Assembly (NCBI GenBank): GCA_037441845.1
Contig: JBBIRK010000001.1
Span: forward strand, 497,284 to 561,283
DNA: 64,000 nucleotides
Source: Candidatus Zixiibacteriota bacterium
Lineage (GTDB): Bacteria > Zixibacteria > MSB-5A5 > UBA10806 > 4484-95
Direction of reading: 5' to 3'
The translations under genes and the position numbers were made by a program. Positions 1 through 10,362 of this stretch are shown here, piece by piece. Below the pieces are notes generated by a model, which was not told the origin of the DNA, ran no database searches, and worked only from the letters and a program-made list of their open reading frames with translations. The stretch's first letter is position 1. Each line of letters opens with the position of its first letter.

Positions 1-1
1 C

Positions 2-151
2 TATCTGGCGCTGTCCGGGGATACCTCCCGCGCGCTCGATAATATCGTCAAGGCGTTGCAGATGGCGCCGCATTTCAAGGGCATGGCCGAACGCGACACC
101 GACCTGAAGAGTCTATGGGAAACGCAGCGGTTCAAGGAGGCGGTGAAATAA
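2..151 (+). CDS. 3' end of a TPR-containing protein (partial)
   Basis: Manual translation of frame 2 gives YLALSGDTSRALDNIVKALQMAPHFKGMAERDTDLKSLWETQRFKEAVK*, resembling a terminal TPR plus capping helix. Runs off the window start. Confidence 0.6.
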   Translation, partial: YLALSGDTSRALDNIVKALQMAPHFKGMAERDTDLKSLWETQRFKEAVK

Positions 152-257
152 TTTTCTATGATATCCCGATTTTTAGGGAATACAGGCGGCTCAAAATCGT
201 ATTACTTTCGTGAATGGCGATTTTCATCCACTATTTCCCGGAGGAACGACATAAGAG

Positions 258-959
258 TGTTGATTGCAGCCCTGATGTTTCTCTGGCCGGCCGCCGCCGT
301 CGTCCCGCAAACAGCAGCCGAAACGATCGAGCCCCCCGCATCCATAGTGAAGGTGACCTTATACGCTGACAAGGCGGCTATCACCAAGCGTTGTGAGCTT
401 TTCTCGCTGAGGGCGGATATTCTTTTGATTTCGGTGATTCTCCGCAAAGCTTGATCGATGAATCGCCCAGGGTCTACCTCAAAGCCAAATGAAAAAATGA
501 TTCGCAAAGCCCGCCTCTGCCGGGCAAAGCCGGTCTTTTTTATGACGGCAATTTTATCAGTTCCACCGCCGCGAAAATAATAGCTCCGGGAGAAAATTTT
601 GAATTTACCCTGGGCGTCGATCAATCGATGAAAGCCGCTAGTAAGCTGCTGAAATGATACAAAGAAACCGCCGGAACCAAGGATTCGCGCAAGCGGATTC
701 ATTTCGAATACCAAATCGAACTGGAAAATTATCGAAATACCGTCGAAACGGTCACCGTCATCGATCAAATCCCCATATCGGAAAATGAATCGATCAAAAT
801 TTCTTTGGAATCGGTGTCACCCAAGCCGGTCCTCGACGGCGATAACGCAGAGGGTAAGCTCACTGGGAAAAAGCCGCTGGAGCCGGGCAGGAAAAAGGAG
901 ATAACTTTCAAATAAGAATAGAGTGCCCGTCGGATATAAATCTACCGGGGTTGGAGTGA
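258..959 (+). pseudogene. Degraded DUF4140/DUF4139 (MuiA-like) gene
   Basis: N-terminal piece has a signal peptide and VTLYADKAAITKR. A second frame gives PRVYLKAK*KNDSQSPPLPGKAGLFYDGNFI..APGENFEFTLGVD..*..YQIELEN..VTVIDQIPIS..LEPG..ITFK*, then RIECPSDINLPGLE* after a frameshift. In-frame TGA at 490-492 and 655-657; middle of the gene is missing. Confidence 0.75.
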
Positions 960-1110
960 ATCGGATTCTCGATAGGCCTGCGGGGTCGGATTCTTGAACT
1001 TTGACCGCCTGAGGTCTTGAGCGAAACCAAATAATTACGGCCTGCCGCCCAAAATATTCCGGCGCAGGCTGAATGAACCGTTACCGCGGGAAGTGCGGAG
1101 CATAATCGCC

Positions 1111-1776
1111 TCAGTCAACACGCTTGAAAACATAGCCCCCTTTTCGAGCGCCCCAAACCTGCCTGCCGTCGGCGTCGTAACCACGATCCCAGCTTATGAT
1201 CTGATTTTTGCTGATCGTAACCTCGCTGGTGGCGTAGGCCGCCCCTTTCAGATCGCTGGTGCATCCCATACTGTCGGTGCCGCCGGTGAAAGCGATACTA
1301 CCGATTTTGCGCAAAGTGACCGCGCAGCCGTCCCGCAACAACAGCGAATCGACCGTCAGCGGACCCAGCGGATCGGGCTCGGACCATTTACCCGCGAAAC
1401 GCAAAGGCTCAGGTATCGAATAAACGACGCTTTCGAAAGTGCTGTCGTCTCGCACCCGTATGTTGTAAACCCGTTGGCGATACGGCTTATCCTCGCTGCC
1501 GGCGGTCGCCTGTTCGACATACAGCCAGTAACCGTCCCGCCGCTCTTTCCATATCTGCACCGTGCGCAGTCGAATATCGAAGTAGTCGGAATCTTTTTGC
1601 GCCTGCTGAGCGCTCGAAAAATATCCCGTCATCCAGGATAACAACGTGGTTAAAGTCTGCTGGGGTGTTTCTTTCTTTGCCTTCGGCGCTTTTCTGCTTC
1701 TGGCAACCGCCTGATCGGAAGCCCAAATCGCGGCGAGACATACGACAATCACTATCAAATGCAAATTGCGTTTCAT
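1111..1776 (-). CDS. CpcT/CpeT-family chromophore-lyase-like protein with signal peptide
   Basis: WMTGYFSSAQQA..YFDIRL..WLYVEQA..PYRQRVY..SWDRGYD..QVWG motifs. GGAG RBS precedes ATG at 1776. Confidence 0.8.
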   Translation of the reverse strand: MKRNLHLIVIVVCLAAIWASDQAVARSRKAPKAKKETPQQTLTTLLSWMTGYFSSAQQAQKDSDYFDIRLRTVQIWKERRDGYWLYVEQATAGSEDKPYRQRVYNIRVRDDSTFESVVYSIPEPLRFAGKWSEPDPLGPLTVDSLLLRDGCAVTLRKIGSIAFTGGTDSMGCTSDLKGAAYATSEVTISKNQIISWDRGYDADGRQVWGARKGGYVFKRVD

Positions 1777-1799
1777 TTGCTTCTCCATTTCCCGGCCGA

Positions 1800-1988
1800 T
1801 CAGCGCCGTCCGCTTTCGGTTTTCCGGGGCTTTGAATTCATGCTGAAAAAATCGGCTTTCGGCGCCCCGCACCGAGGACATCGCCAGCTATCAGGAAGTT
1901 TATCGAACGGCGTCCCCGGAACTACGCCAGGGGATGGATCCCCCTCCTCGGGATCATATATGTAACCGCAGAACCGACAAACGTGCAT
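1800..1988 (-). CDS. Rubredoxin
   Basis: [39 protein letters not shown]. Confidence 0.93.
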   Translation of the reverse strand: MHVCRFCGYIYDPEEGDPSPGVVPGTPFDKLPDSWRCPRCGAPKADFFSMNSKPRKTESGRR

Positions 1989-2081
1989 AGTTTCACCCTT
2001 AGCTCAAATTATCGGAATTTTGGGGGCTCACTTTGGCCGCCTTCGATGAATTCGGGCAACAGATCCTTCGAATAGGGCACA

Positions 2082-3299
2082 TCAATTTGGGCTTCCCGCA
2101 GACTCTAACAACTTGGCCGCCACCACCTTACCGTAATCGTTACAGCGGATCAGATCCTCCTCGGTGGGAACGAATTTGGCCTCCACTCCGGTTTCGACCA
2201 GCGGCAGCCTCAATTCGTTGAAAATATCCTTGATTTGACTGACCGCCTTGGGATGCCATCCGTATGAACCGAAAGCCCCGGCGATCAAATGGCGCGGTTT
2301 CAATCCTCGTAAATAGGTCAACAGATCGGCCATACGCGGCAACATTTGCCCGTTCAAAGTCGATGAGCCGACCAACAGCGCCCCGGAATCAAGCAATTCT
2401 GTGGCGATATCGCTTCGATGAGACAACGAAAGCGGCATCACTTTCGGCCTGGCGCCGCCGCTTTCCAACCCGGCCGCCACCGCATCGGCCATGATGGCCG
2501 TGCTGCCCCACATAGTATCAAAAGCGACAATCGCCTTGGTGGTAGGGCGCGGATCAGCCCAGATCGCATATTTCCGCATGATCATATCTATATCCGTATC
2601 GTTTCTCCAGATAGGCCCGTGATCGGGGGCGATGATCCGCGGCTTAAGCTCAGCGGTTTTCATCTTCTCGAGCAATTTCCCCACCAGATTCGAATAGGGC
2701 ATGAATATATTGGCAAAATATTTCGCCGCCTCATAATCGCGGACGCCGGGTTCGATCTGGTCGACATATCTTTCGCTCGATGCCCAGTGCATACCGAACA
2801 CATCGTTCGAGAACAGGATACGCTCTTCCTCCAGATAAGCGAACATGCTGTCGGGCCAATGGATCATTTTCGTTTCCATGAAACGAAGGTTCCGGCCGCC
2901 CAGCGACAGCCGTTGCCCCTCCTTGATCGGAACGATTCCGCCGCTGTGATGAAAATGAGCGGGGATATTTTGCGCCCCCGCGGACGAGGCGAAAACTTTC
3001 TCCGGATTAACGGCCGCGATAGTCTGCGGAAGACTTCCGGTGTGGTCCATTTCCGAGTGGTTGGAAATGATATAGTCGATCTCGCCGGGTTCGATCACCG
3101 AGGAAATGCGCGCCATCATCTCCTCGAAAAAACCACCTTTGACCGTGTCGATCAGCGCGGTTTTTTCGTCGATAACCAGATAGGCGTTATAAGTGGAGCC
3201 ACGCGTGGAATACCCGTGAAAATCGGCCAACCCCCAATCGACAGCCCCCACCCAGAAGACGTTTTCGCTTATTTTATGAGCCTTGAACGGCTTTCCCAT
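2082..3299 (-). CDS. fprA: Flavodiiron protein (A-type flavoprotein)
   Basis: GSTYNAYL, NHSEMDH, HWPD, PDHG diiron ligands; flavodoxin domain TMWGST and FGSYGW. Confidence 0.93.
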   Translation of the reverse strand: MGKPFKAHKISENVFWVGAVDWGLADFHGYSTRGSTYNAYLVIDEKTALIDTVKGGFFEEMMARISSVIEPGEIDYIISNHSEMDHTGSLPQTIAAVNPEKVFASSAGAQNIPAHFHHSGGIVPIKEGQRLSLGGRNLRFMETKMIHWPDSMFAYLEEERILFSNDVFGMHWASSERYVDQIEPGVRDYEAAKYFANIFMPYSNLVGKLLEKMKTAELKPRIIAPDHGPIWRNDTDIDMIMRKYAIWADPRPTTKAIVAFDTMWGSTAIMADAVAAGLESGGARPKVMPLSLSHRSDIATELLDSGALLVGSSTLNGQMLPRMADLLTYLRGLKPRHLIAGAFGSYGWHPKAVSQIKDIFNELRLPLVETGVEAKFVPTEEDLIRCNDYGKVVAAKLLESAGSPN

Positions 3300-3450
3300 A
3301 TCGACACCTCCATCGTGTCATTATTAAACTCGCGCAAACCGGCGGAAGATGCAACTCGGCGCAGATTTATTCAAGCGGAAATGGAATTTTTGTGCAGATG
3401 TCGTGTCTTCCCGAAGTCCTCGCGGTCGCCGGCGAAATCGGCCATAAAAT

Positions 3451-3481
3451 AAAAAAACAGGGGAAACGGAAATTCCCCTGT
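3451..3481 (-). terminator. Intrinsic terminator
   Basis: ACAGGGGAA/TTCCCCTGT stem flanked by an A-run on + (U-tract on -), just downstream of the 3504..4082 gene. Confidence 0.75.
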
Positions 3482-3503
3482 CAAAACCCGATAACGATGA
3501 AAA

Positions 3504-4082
3504 CTAAAACGCCAAACCGCCCCTGATCAAGAACATCGGCCCGAATCCCATATCGTGATCATCGTTGCCGCCGGCGCCCGCACCGATTATAGCCAACTCG
3601 CCCAGCCAGGAAAGCGAGCGGGGAGAGCTGAACACGACATCACATCCGGCCCTCAGCATGAAATAATTCGAGCCGTCGGCCAGCCCCTCGATCTCCCCCA
3701 GCATTCCGTAACCTATACCGATACCCGGCTTAAAAGTCAGATTGGCGCTCTTGCTGGCGATCATCGCCTTTATGGTAAGTCCCAAATCAAGCAGCAACTT
3801 GCTTTCTTCGTAAACCGCAAGATTGTGCGCATCCAGATAAAGCCCGCCGGTTATTTTCTCGCCGAGCTTATGGTCAAGGTAACTGCCGAAACTGAAACTC
3901 ATGTCGGACTCCATATCGTATGGATAATCCTCCACCCAGAATTCCCCTCCGGTGATCAGCCCCCCTTTTACTCCCAGCACGGTGTTTTTCGAGGCGATAT
4001 CCTCGGCCTCTGCGACTTGAGCGGCGAAAATCCAAAACAAAATAAACGCCGTCAATAAAAACGCGCTTTTCATGAATCTCAT
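3504..4082 (-). CDS. Outer-membrane beta-barrel protein
   Basis: Signal peptide, alternating amphipathic strands, C-terminal Phe (IRGGLAF). Confidence 0.7.
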   Translation of the reverse strand: MRFMKSAFLLTAFILFWIFAAQVAEAEDIASKNTVLGVKGGLITGGEFWVEDYPYDMESDMSFSFGSYLDHKLGEKITGGLYLDAHNLAVYEESKLLLDLGLTIKAMIASKSANLTFKPGIGIGYGMLGEIEGLADGSNYFMLRAGCDVVFSSPRSLSWLGELAIIGAGAGGNDDHDMGFGPMFLIRGGLAF

Positions 4083-4356
4083 GCTCTCTTTCCTTTACAC
4101 GTTGATTGATGTCCGCTATCGGGATCTCTTCAGGGGTTCTACTGTTTTAAAGGGATAAAGTCAAACAATTTATTTAATAAATTTTCGCCCGGGCTGGAAA
4201 AGGATATGGCAAAATAATTGTGGCGGAAAAGCGCTCAAGAACGTTTATTTTACCTGATCGTTCGAGGATGCAGCACGATTGAATGCAGACCCGTTCCGAG
4301 AGCGACAGCTTGGATTTCGAAAAGATAACGTAAAAATTGAAATAAGGAGGCAGAAA

Positions 4357-4809
4357 ATGAAATTCGGTTCGGTCAACGAGATTATCGAATTCGCGATCAA
4401 GAAAGAAGAAGAGGCATACAAGTTTTACAACGATCTTTCGAATTCCGTAAATAACCCCAACATGCGTCAGGTGTTCATGGATTTTGCCGCCCAGGAGCAC
4501 GGCCATAAGGTAAAACTGCTCAATGTAAAAGCGGGCAAAATCACAATCGGGACCGAACAAAAGGTGAAAGATCTGAAAATCGGCGATCATCTGGTGGATA
4601 TCGAAATGACCCCGGACCTCGATTACCAGCAGGCGTTGATAATCGCCATGAAAGCGGAAAAGGCGGCATACAAGTTATACCTGGACCTGGCCGCCGCCAC
4701 CGATGACGCGAATCTGAAAACGATTTTCAACGGTCTGGCTCAGGAAGAAGCCAACCACAAACTACGTTTCGAAATCGAATACGACGACCGTTTCTTCTCG
4801 GAAAATTAA
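4357..4809 (+). CDS. Ferritin-like (rubrerythrin-type diiron) protein
   Basis: Two E..Y..ExxH repeats (AIKKEEEAYKFY..QEHGH; AMKAEKAAYKLY..EEANH). AGGAGG RBS before ATG 4357. Confidence 0.85.
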   Translation: MKFGSVNEIIEFAIKKEEEAYKFYNDLSNSVNNPNMRQVFMDFAAQEHGHKVKLLNVKAGKITIGTEQKVKDLKIGDHLVDIEMTPDLDYQQALIIAMKAEKAAYKLYLDLAAATDDANLKTIFNGLAQEEANHKLRFEIEYDDRFFSEN

Positions 4810-5057
4810 CATTCGCGCCTAAATTTCCGGGGTCTCGCCGAAAGAGAAAACGAAACAATGGGGAAATCCGCTTTTTCGTAACGGGCGTAACAACCTTATA
4901 ACCCCGGAATTAGAAATTTCTTTTCTTTCCCATGTGATCGGCCGGCGAATCCGGTCCCGTCCGGAACCGGATCTCCGCAGGCAAAGTTAAATTTATAATA
5001 TGCCGGAGGCGGCAAGGTAATAGATAACGATCGCAAGGAAACGAAAAGGAGCACAAA

Positions 5058-5552
5058 ATGATCAGCGAGAAAATGCAGAAAGCGCTTAACGATCAGATCA
5101 ACGCCGAGATGTACTCGTCGTATATATACTGGGCTATGTCGGCCTATTTCGAAGATATCAACCTTAGGGGTTTCGCCGGCTGGATGAAGGTTCAGGCGGC
5201 GGAGGAACTCGAACACGCGCAAAAAATATATAATCATCTTATCGAACGCGGCGGTCGGGCGATCCTGCAAAAAATCGATGCCCCGCCGGTCAAATGGAAC
5301 TCGCCCCTCGACGTCTTTCAGGCGGCCTACGAGCATGAATGCATGATCAGCGGTCGGATCAACGATATAGTCGATCTGGCCAATGCCGAAAAAGACCACG
5401 CCACGGCTGTTTTCTTCCATTGGTTCGTCCAAGAGCAAGTCGAGGAAGAGGCGCAAACGCTCGACGTGGTCAATCAATTGAAGCTGGCAGGTGATTCGAA
5501 AGGCAGCCTGCTCGTGCTCGACCACCACCTCGGTAAACGAAAAGGCGAATGA
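5058..5552 (+). CDS. ftnA: Non-haem ferritin
   Basis: LNDQINAEMYSSYIY..EELEHA..HE..WFVQEQVEEE ferroxidase centre. Confidence 0.92.
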   Translation: MISEKMQKALNDQINAEMYSSYIYWAMSAYFEDINLRGFAGWMKVQAAEELEHAQKIYNHLIERGGRAILQKIDAPPVKWNSPLDVFQAAYEHECMISGRINDIVDLANAEKDHATAVFFHWFVQEQVEEEAQTLDVVNQLKLAGDSKGSLLVLDHHLGKRKGE

Positions 5553-5597
5553 TCCCGATCCGAATATCGGAATAAATCGACGATTTCCAATAAAGAT

Positions 5598-5636
5598 GCC
5601 GCTGCGGGAAAAGTTCCCCGCGGCGGTTTTTATTTA
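5598..5636 (+). terminator. Intrinsic terminator
   Basis: GCCGCTGCGGG/CCCGCGGCGGT stem followed by TTTTATTT. Confidence 0.8.
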
Positions 5637-5746
5637 TAGACCGTAAACAACGCCTGTCGAAATTGACAAATACTTTGCACCCACGATGAAATTGCATTAA
5701 ATTCAACCCCCGATATTATAATAAATGAGACATAGAGAGGGTTTTC

Positions 5747-7264
5747 ATGATGATCTTTGAAAACAGGCTGCCCCGACGACAATTTCTGAAAAACTCGGCG
5801 GCGGCCGCATCAACCGCCATTTTCGGCTCATCCATTTTGGGCTTGCTCGCCCAGACCGAATGCGCCCGGCCGGCGGGCTTCGGTCTCGCGGAAGAGGAGA
5901 TCGCCGAAATTCTGAATATAGCATTGGACAAAGGCGGCGATTTTGCTGAGTTATATATCGAGGAAGTCAAATCGCTTAATTTTGCCATGCGGGAAGGTAA
6001 ATTCACCGACGCTGCTTTGGGGCAAAGCAGCGGTCTCGGGGTGCGCACGGTCGAAGATGATCGCAACGGTTACGCCTACAGCGGCAAAATCGGCGCCGCG
6101 GAGGCGATTGAGGCGGCCTCAGCCTCGGCCTACATCGCCTCGGGCTCCGCTTCTAAGACATCTGCTCCCGCCCGCATCGTGCAGCCGCCGCCGTTTATAA
6201 CCGTGAAAGTGCCTTTGCAATCGATTCCGGAAAAACGGAAATTGGAGATGGTCGCCGACGCCGAGGCGACGGCCCGCGGTCACAGCCCTTTCGTCAAGCA
6301 GGTGGATATTTCCTACTACGACGAAAACAAGAAACGGCTGATAGCCAACTCCAACGGGTTGCGGATCGAAAACGAAATACCGCTGGTCTGGGTGGTAATC
6401 GAGGTGTTCGCCGAGAAAAACGGCGTTCGCCACGTCGGCCGCGCCCGGATTTCCGGACACCAAGGATTCGAATTTTTTGAGGCCAACAGTATCACCAAGG
6501 CCGCCGCGGAAGCGGCCAGAGAGGCGGTTGCCATGCTCGAGGCCAAACCGGCACCATCGGGTCGGATACCGGTGGTGATCGAAAGCGGCTGGGGCGGCGT
6601 GTTGATTCACGAGGCGGTGGGACATGGTCTCGAGGGGGATTTTATTTACAAGGGCACTTCGATCTACGCCGACAAATTGGGCAAGAAAGTGGCCTCCGAG
6701 CAGGTAACCTTGATCGATGATTCCTCCTGGCCCAACGCCCGCGGAACAACCGTTTTCGATGACGAGGGAACTATCGGACGACGCAACGTGCTTATCGATA
6801 AAGGAACCGTCACCGGCTTCATGCACGACCTAATCTCGGCGAAAAAACTTTCGATGCAACCTACCGGCAACGGCCGCAGAGAATCATATATGCATTACCC
6901 GATTCCGAGAATGACCAACACGTTCCTCGACAACGGCACCGGCAAACCGAACGATATTATCGCGGATACGCCAAAAGGGGTTTACGTCAAGTCGCTTTCC
7001 GGCGGCTCGGTCGACACTATCTCCGGACAGTTCAATTTTATCGTGCGCGAGGCTTATCTTATCGAAAAAGGACGCCTCACTACGCCTATCCGCGGCGCCA
7101 CCCTCATAGGCCGGGGAATCGATGTGTTGACTAATATCGACGCCGTCGCCGATGACCTCAAACTCGGCGTGGGGACCTGCGGCAAGGACCAATGGGTTCC
7201 GGTTACCTCCGGTATCCCGACCTTGCGAGTGGCCGACGGCATCACAGTAGGTGGAACGGCGTAG
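5747..7264 (+). CDS. tldD: TldD metalloprotease subunit with twin-arginine signal
   Basis: HEAVGHGLEGD, GNGRRESY, PRMTNT, GTCGK motifs; N-terminal PRRQFLK followed by an Ala/hydrophobic stretch. Confidence 0.92.
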   Translation: MMIFENRLPRRQFLKNSAAAASTAIFGSSILGLLAQTECARPAGFGLAEEEIAEILNIALDKGGDFAELYIEEVKSLNFAMREGKFTDAALGQSSGLGVRTVEDDRNGYAYSGKIGAAEAIEAASASAYIASGSASKTSAPARIVQPPPFITVKVPLQSIPEKRKLEMVADAEATARGHSPFVKQVDISYYDENKKRLIANSNGLRIENEIPLVWVVIEVFAEKNGVRHVGRARISGHQGFEFFEANSITKAAAEAAREAVAMLEAKPAPSGRIPVVIESGWGGVLIHEAVGHGLEGDFIYKGTSIYADKLGKKVASEQVTLIDDSSWPNARGTTVFDDEGTIGRRNVLIDKGTVTGFMHDLISAKKLSMQPTGNGRRESYMHYPIPRMTNTFLDNGTGKPNDIIADTPKGVYVKSLSGGSVDTISGQFNFIVREAYLIEKGRLTTPIRGATLIGRGIDVLTNIDAVADDLKLGVGTCGKDQWVPVTSGIPTLRVADGITVGGTA

Positions 7265-7274
7265 GAGGATTGCC

Positions 7275-8600
7275 ATGAAGTTGACAGAAAAAATTATAGA
7301 TAAATGTATTCGCGCCGGCGCCGGTATGGCCGAGTGTTTCTATACCTCCAGCCGGGTGCTGAGAGTTTCCGTCCGCAACGGCCGTGTCGAATCGATAAAA
7401 AAAGCCACTCCAGAGGGAGTCGCCATAAGATATTTCGCCTCCGGGCGGATGGCTTTCGCTTATGCCAACCATGCAAGCGAATCCTCGATAGACGGCTTGA
7501 TATCCGGTCTGCGCCGCCTTGCCGACAATGCCAGCGTCGATGAGTTTTCCGTCTTGCCGAAACCCCAGCAATATCGATCCGATATCGAGATTTTCGATGA
7601 CTCTTTCATCAAGCTGGCTATCGAAGATAAAATCGATTACGTTCAAAATCTCGAAAGTGTGGCGCTGAAATTCGATCCTCTGATCACCAGATCGAACAGC
7701 GCCTGGTACGAAGAATCTCTCACCACCCGGGAAATCGCCAACTCCCTCGGCTTGGCTGCGGAATTCCAAGACACCAGCTACGCCGTCGGCTTGTCGATCG
7801 TGGCGGAAAAATCCGGCCAGATGTATCCCGGAGAAGGAACGCTCAACGTTCGCCGCTTCGGCGATCTGCCGTCTCCTGAAAATATTGTGAGCAAATTCGC
7901 CGGAAGAGCGCTAAGGCTTGTCGGGGGAACTCCGGTGGAAAGCGGGGATTACGAGGTGATTTTCTCACCGCTGGGCGCCATGTCGGTTTTATGGGGATTG
8001 AACTATGCCCTGAACGGGGAGCAAATTTATCGCGGGGAGTCGATTTTCGCCGGCAAGCTGGGGGCTCAAGTGGCCGCGGAAAGCTTCTCGGTCGTGGATG
8101 ACCCTCATCTGCCTTGGGGTCCGGCAAGCCGCCCGGCCGACGACGAGGGGGTAGCCACATCTCGTCACGTCTTGATCGACAATGGCGTATTCCGCGAGGC
8201 CCTCTACGACTCGAAAGTCGCCGCTAAAGCCAAGACCGATTCCACCGGTTCGGCCCACCGGGATTCCCTGCAATCGTTGCCGCATATCTCTCCGTCCAAT
8301 CTCTTCATAGTTCCCGGCACGAGCAAAGTCGATGATTTGATAGCCTCATGCAAGAAGGGGATAATCGTCGAGGAAACCCAGGGATGGGGACTGCATAGCA
8401 TAACCGGCCAATATTCGGCGGGGATCGCCGGAATACTGGTGAAAAACGGCAAAAGAATCCGACCCATCGGCAATGTTACCCTTGCCGCCGCGGCCGATGA
8501 TCTGCTGAATGGAATAGAGGCAGTAGCCGACGATCTTGACATTTTCAACAGTCTTAGCTCCCCGACTTTCAAAGTAAAAAGAATGAAGGTTGGTTCGTGA
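7275..8600 (+). CDS. pmbA: PmbA/TldE subunit
   Basis: DDPHL..ASRPADDEG, STGSA, PSNL, TGQYSAG motifs; no HExxH; AGGAGG RBS; follows tldD. Confidence 0.9.
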   Translation: MKLTEKIIDKCIRAGAGMAECFYTSSRVLRVSVRNGRVESIKKATPEGVAIRYFASGRMAFAYANHASESSIDGLISGLRRLADNASVDEFSVLPKPQQYRSDIEIFDDSFIKLAIEDKIDYVQNLESVALKFDPLITRSNSAWYEESLTTREIANSLGLAAEFQDTSYAVGLSIVAEKSGQMYPGEGTLNVRRFGDLPSPENIVSKFAGRALRLVGGTPVESGDYEVIFSPLGAMSVLWGLNYALNGEQIYRGESIFAGKLGAQVAAESFSVVDDPHLPWGPASRPADDEGVATSRHVLIDNGVFREALYDSKVAAKAKTDSTGSAHRDSLQSLPHISPSNLFIVPGTSKVDDLIASCKKGIIVEETQGWGLHSITGQYSAGIAGILVKNGKRIRPIGNVTLAAAADDLLNGIEAVADDLDIFNSLSSPTFKVKRMKVGS

Positions 8601-9586
8601 AATACGAGGGCTTAATTAGAATATCGCTTGGCGGATTAACGACGAAGATGATTTGGCGGCGCTTATGCCTTTTATATCTCGAAACGATATGGGCAATCGC
8701 CATTATCGCCTTCTTGACGGCGGCTCCGGCGCTCGCCAAAAAACTTAAAGTGTCCGTATCTATCCCCCCCCAAGCGGATTTCGTGCGCAATATAGTCGGC
8801 GACAGCGTGGATATTCTGATCATGGTCCCGCCGGGATCGAGTCCGGAAACTTACGAACTCACTCCAGCGCAATTGAGGGAATTATCCGGAGCGGATGCTT
8901 ACGTCAAAATCGGCGCCGATTTCGAGTTCGAAAAAAACCTGATCGACAGGATCGGCAGAATGTATCCCGATTTGAAAATAATCGATTGCTCGGCAGGAAT
9001 CGAACTCTTGGGGGGCATCGAGGAGCATGCTGCCGAAGATTCCCATGACTCACATTTATCTGGCGCCGACACTCGACATAAACACGGCGGGAACGACCCC
9101 CATCTTTGGAATTCTCCGCGCAACGCAAAGATATTCGTGCGCAATATCGCGGCAGGATTGATAGCGGTCGATCCCGGCGACAGCGCGGTCTATCGACGGA
9201 ATGCGGCCCGCTACGAGGCGCGTCTCGATTCGCTCGATCGTTCCCTCGAATCGCTTTTGCGGCCTTTCCGCGGATCCAAATTCATCGTTTTCCATCCCGC
9301 CTGGGGGTATTTCGCGCGTGATTACGACCTTATCCAAATAGCCGTCGAAAGCGAGGGGAAAGAGCCATCGGCGGCGGAGATGATCAAATTGATAAAGCTG
9401 GCGCGAGCCGAAGACCTGAAAACGATATTCATTTCACCACAATTCAATCGCGAAAATGCAGCCGCAATCGCAAGGGAAATCGGCGGAAAAATCGAAACTG
9501 CCGACCCCCTCCCGAGTGATTTCATAGGACAAATGTTACAATTCGGAAAGAAGTTGGCGACATCATATCGGGAATCGACCCCATGA
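8597..9586 (+). CDS. znuA: Zinc ABC transporter substrate-binding protein (start may be 8648)
   Basis: SPETYE, His-rich loop, DPHLWNSP, FHPAWGYF, EGKEPS. Confidence 0.88.
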   Translation: MKYEGLIRISLGGLTTKMIWRRLCLLYLETIWAIAIIAFLTAAPALAKKLKVSVSIPPQADFVRNIVGDSVDILIMVPPGSSPETYELTPAQLRELSGADAYVKIGADFEFEKNLIDRIGRMYPDLKIIDCSAGIELLGGIEEHAAEDSHDSHLSGADTRHKHGGNDPHLWNSPRNAKIFVRNIAAGLIAVDPGDSAVYRRNAARYEARLDSLDRSLESLLRPFRGSKFIVFHPAWGYFARDYDLIQIAVESEGKEPSAAEMIKLIKLARAEDLKTIFISPQFNRENAAAIAREIGGKIETADPLPSDFIGQMLQFGKKLATSYRESTP

Positions 9587-10362
9587 TCACCGACGAACCG
9601 GCGGTCGTATTCAGAAACGTTTCTATCGCCTACGATGGGGGGATTGCCCTCGAAAGTATCGATTTCGAAGTACGCAAAGGCGAATTCCTCGGTATAATCG
9701 GACCCAACGGCGGCGGCAAGACGACCTTGTTGAAAGCCGTACTCGGCTTACTACGACCGTCAACCGGCGAAATCGTCGTTCTGGGTCAATCGCCTGAAAA
9801 AGCCAGACCGCGGATCGGCTATGTCCCGCAGACCAGCTTGTTCGAGCGTCATTTCCCGATCGATGTTTGGAACGTCGTCATGATGGGACGCTTAAACCGC
9901 CTCGGGATTTTCAAGCGTCCCTCGGAAACGGACAAGGCCAAGGTGAAAGAAGTGCTCGATTTCATCGGTCTTTTCGACTTGCGCCGTCGTAAGATCGGGA
10001 GTCTTTCCGGCGGACAGATTCAAAAGGCGATGGTGGCCAGAGCCATAGCAGGCGAGCCCGAATTATTGTTGCTCGACGAGCCTACATCCAGCTTCGACCT
10101 GCGATCGGAAAAAAGCCTTTTCGACTTGCTGTCCTCATTGAACGAGAAGATGACCATCTTGATGGTCTCCCACGACATCGGTGCGGTGTCGAGCCATGTA
10201 ACCACGCTGGCTTGCCTGAATCGCCGGCTGTATCACCACGGCTCGAAAGAAATTCAGCCGCATGTAATCGAATCGGTTTACGGCTGTCCGGTCGACTTGA
10301 TCGCCCACGGGACTCCGCATCGGGTGCTCGGCGAGCACCAACACGAAGACGGTAAATCATGA
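9583..10362 (+). CDS. znuC: Zinc ABC transporter ATPase
   Basis: GPNGGGKTT, LSGGQ, LLLDEP, SHD, His-rich C-terminus. Confidence 0.9.
   Translation: MITDEPAVVFRNVSIAYDGGIALESIDFEVRKGEFLGIIGPNGGGKTTLLKAVLGLLRPSTGEIVVLGQSPEKARPRIGYVPQTSLFERHFPIDVWNVVMMGRLNRLGIFKRPSETDKAKVKEVLDFIGLFDLRRRKIGSLSGGQIQKAMVARAIAGEPELLLLDEPTSSFDLRSEKSLFDLLSSLNEKMTILMVSHDIGAVSSHVTTLACLNRRLYHHGSKEIQPHVIESVYGCPVDLIAHGTPHRVLGEHQHEDGKS

Noticed and set aside
451..959. Two in-frame TGA codons as a sign of Sec or an alternative genetic code
   Set aside because: Frameshifts and a large deletion accompany them, neither is in a Cys-like context, and TGA ends many intact genes here (ftnA, tig, engB).
5015..5040. Fur-box-like GATAACGAT upstream of ferritin
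   Set aside because: Only a half-site with no palindromic partner.
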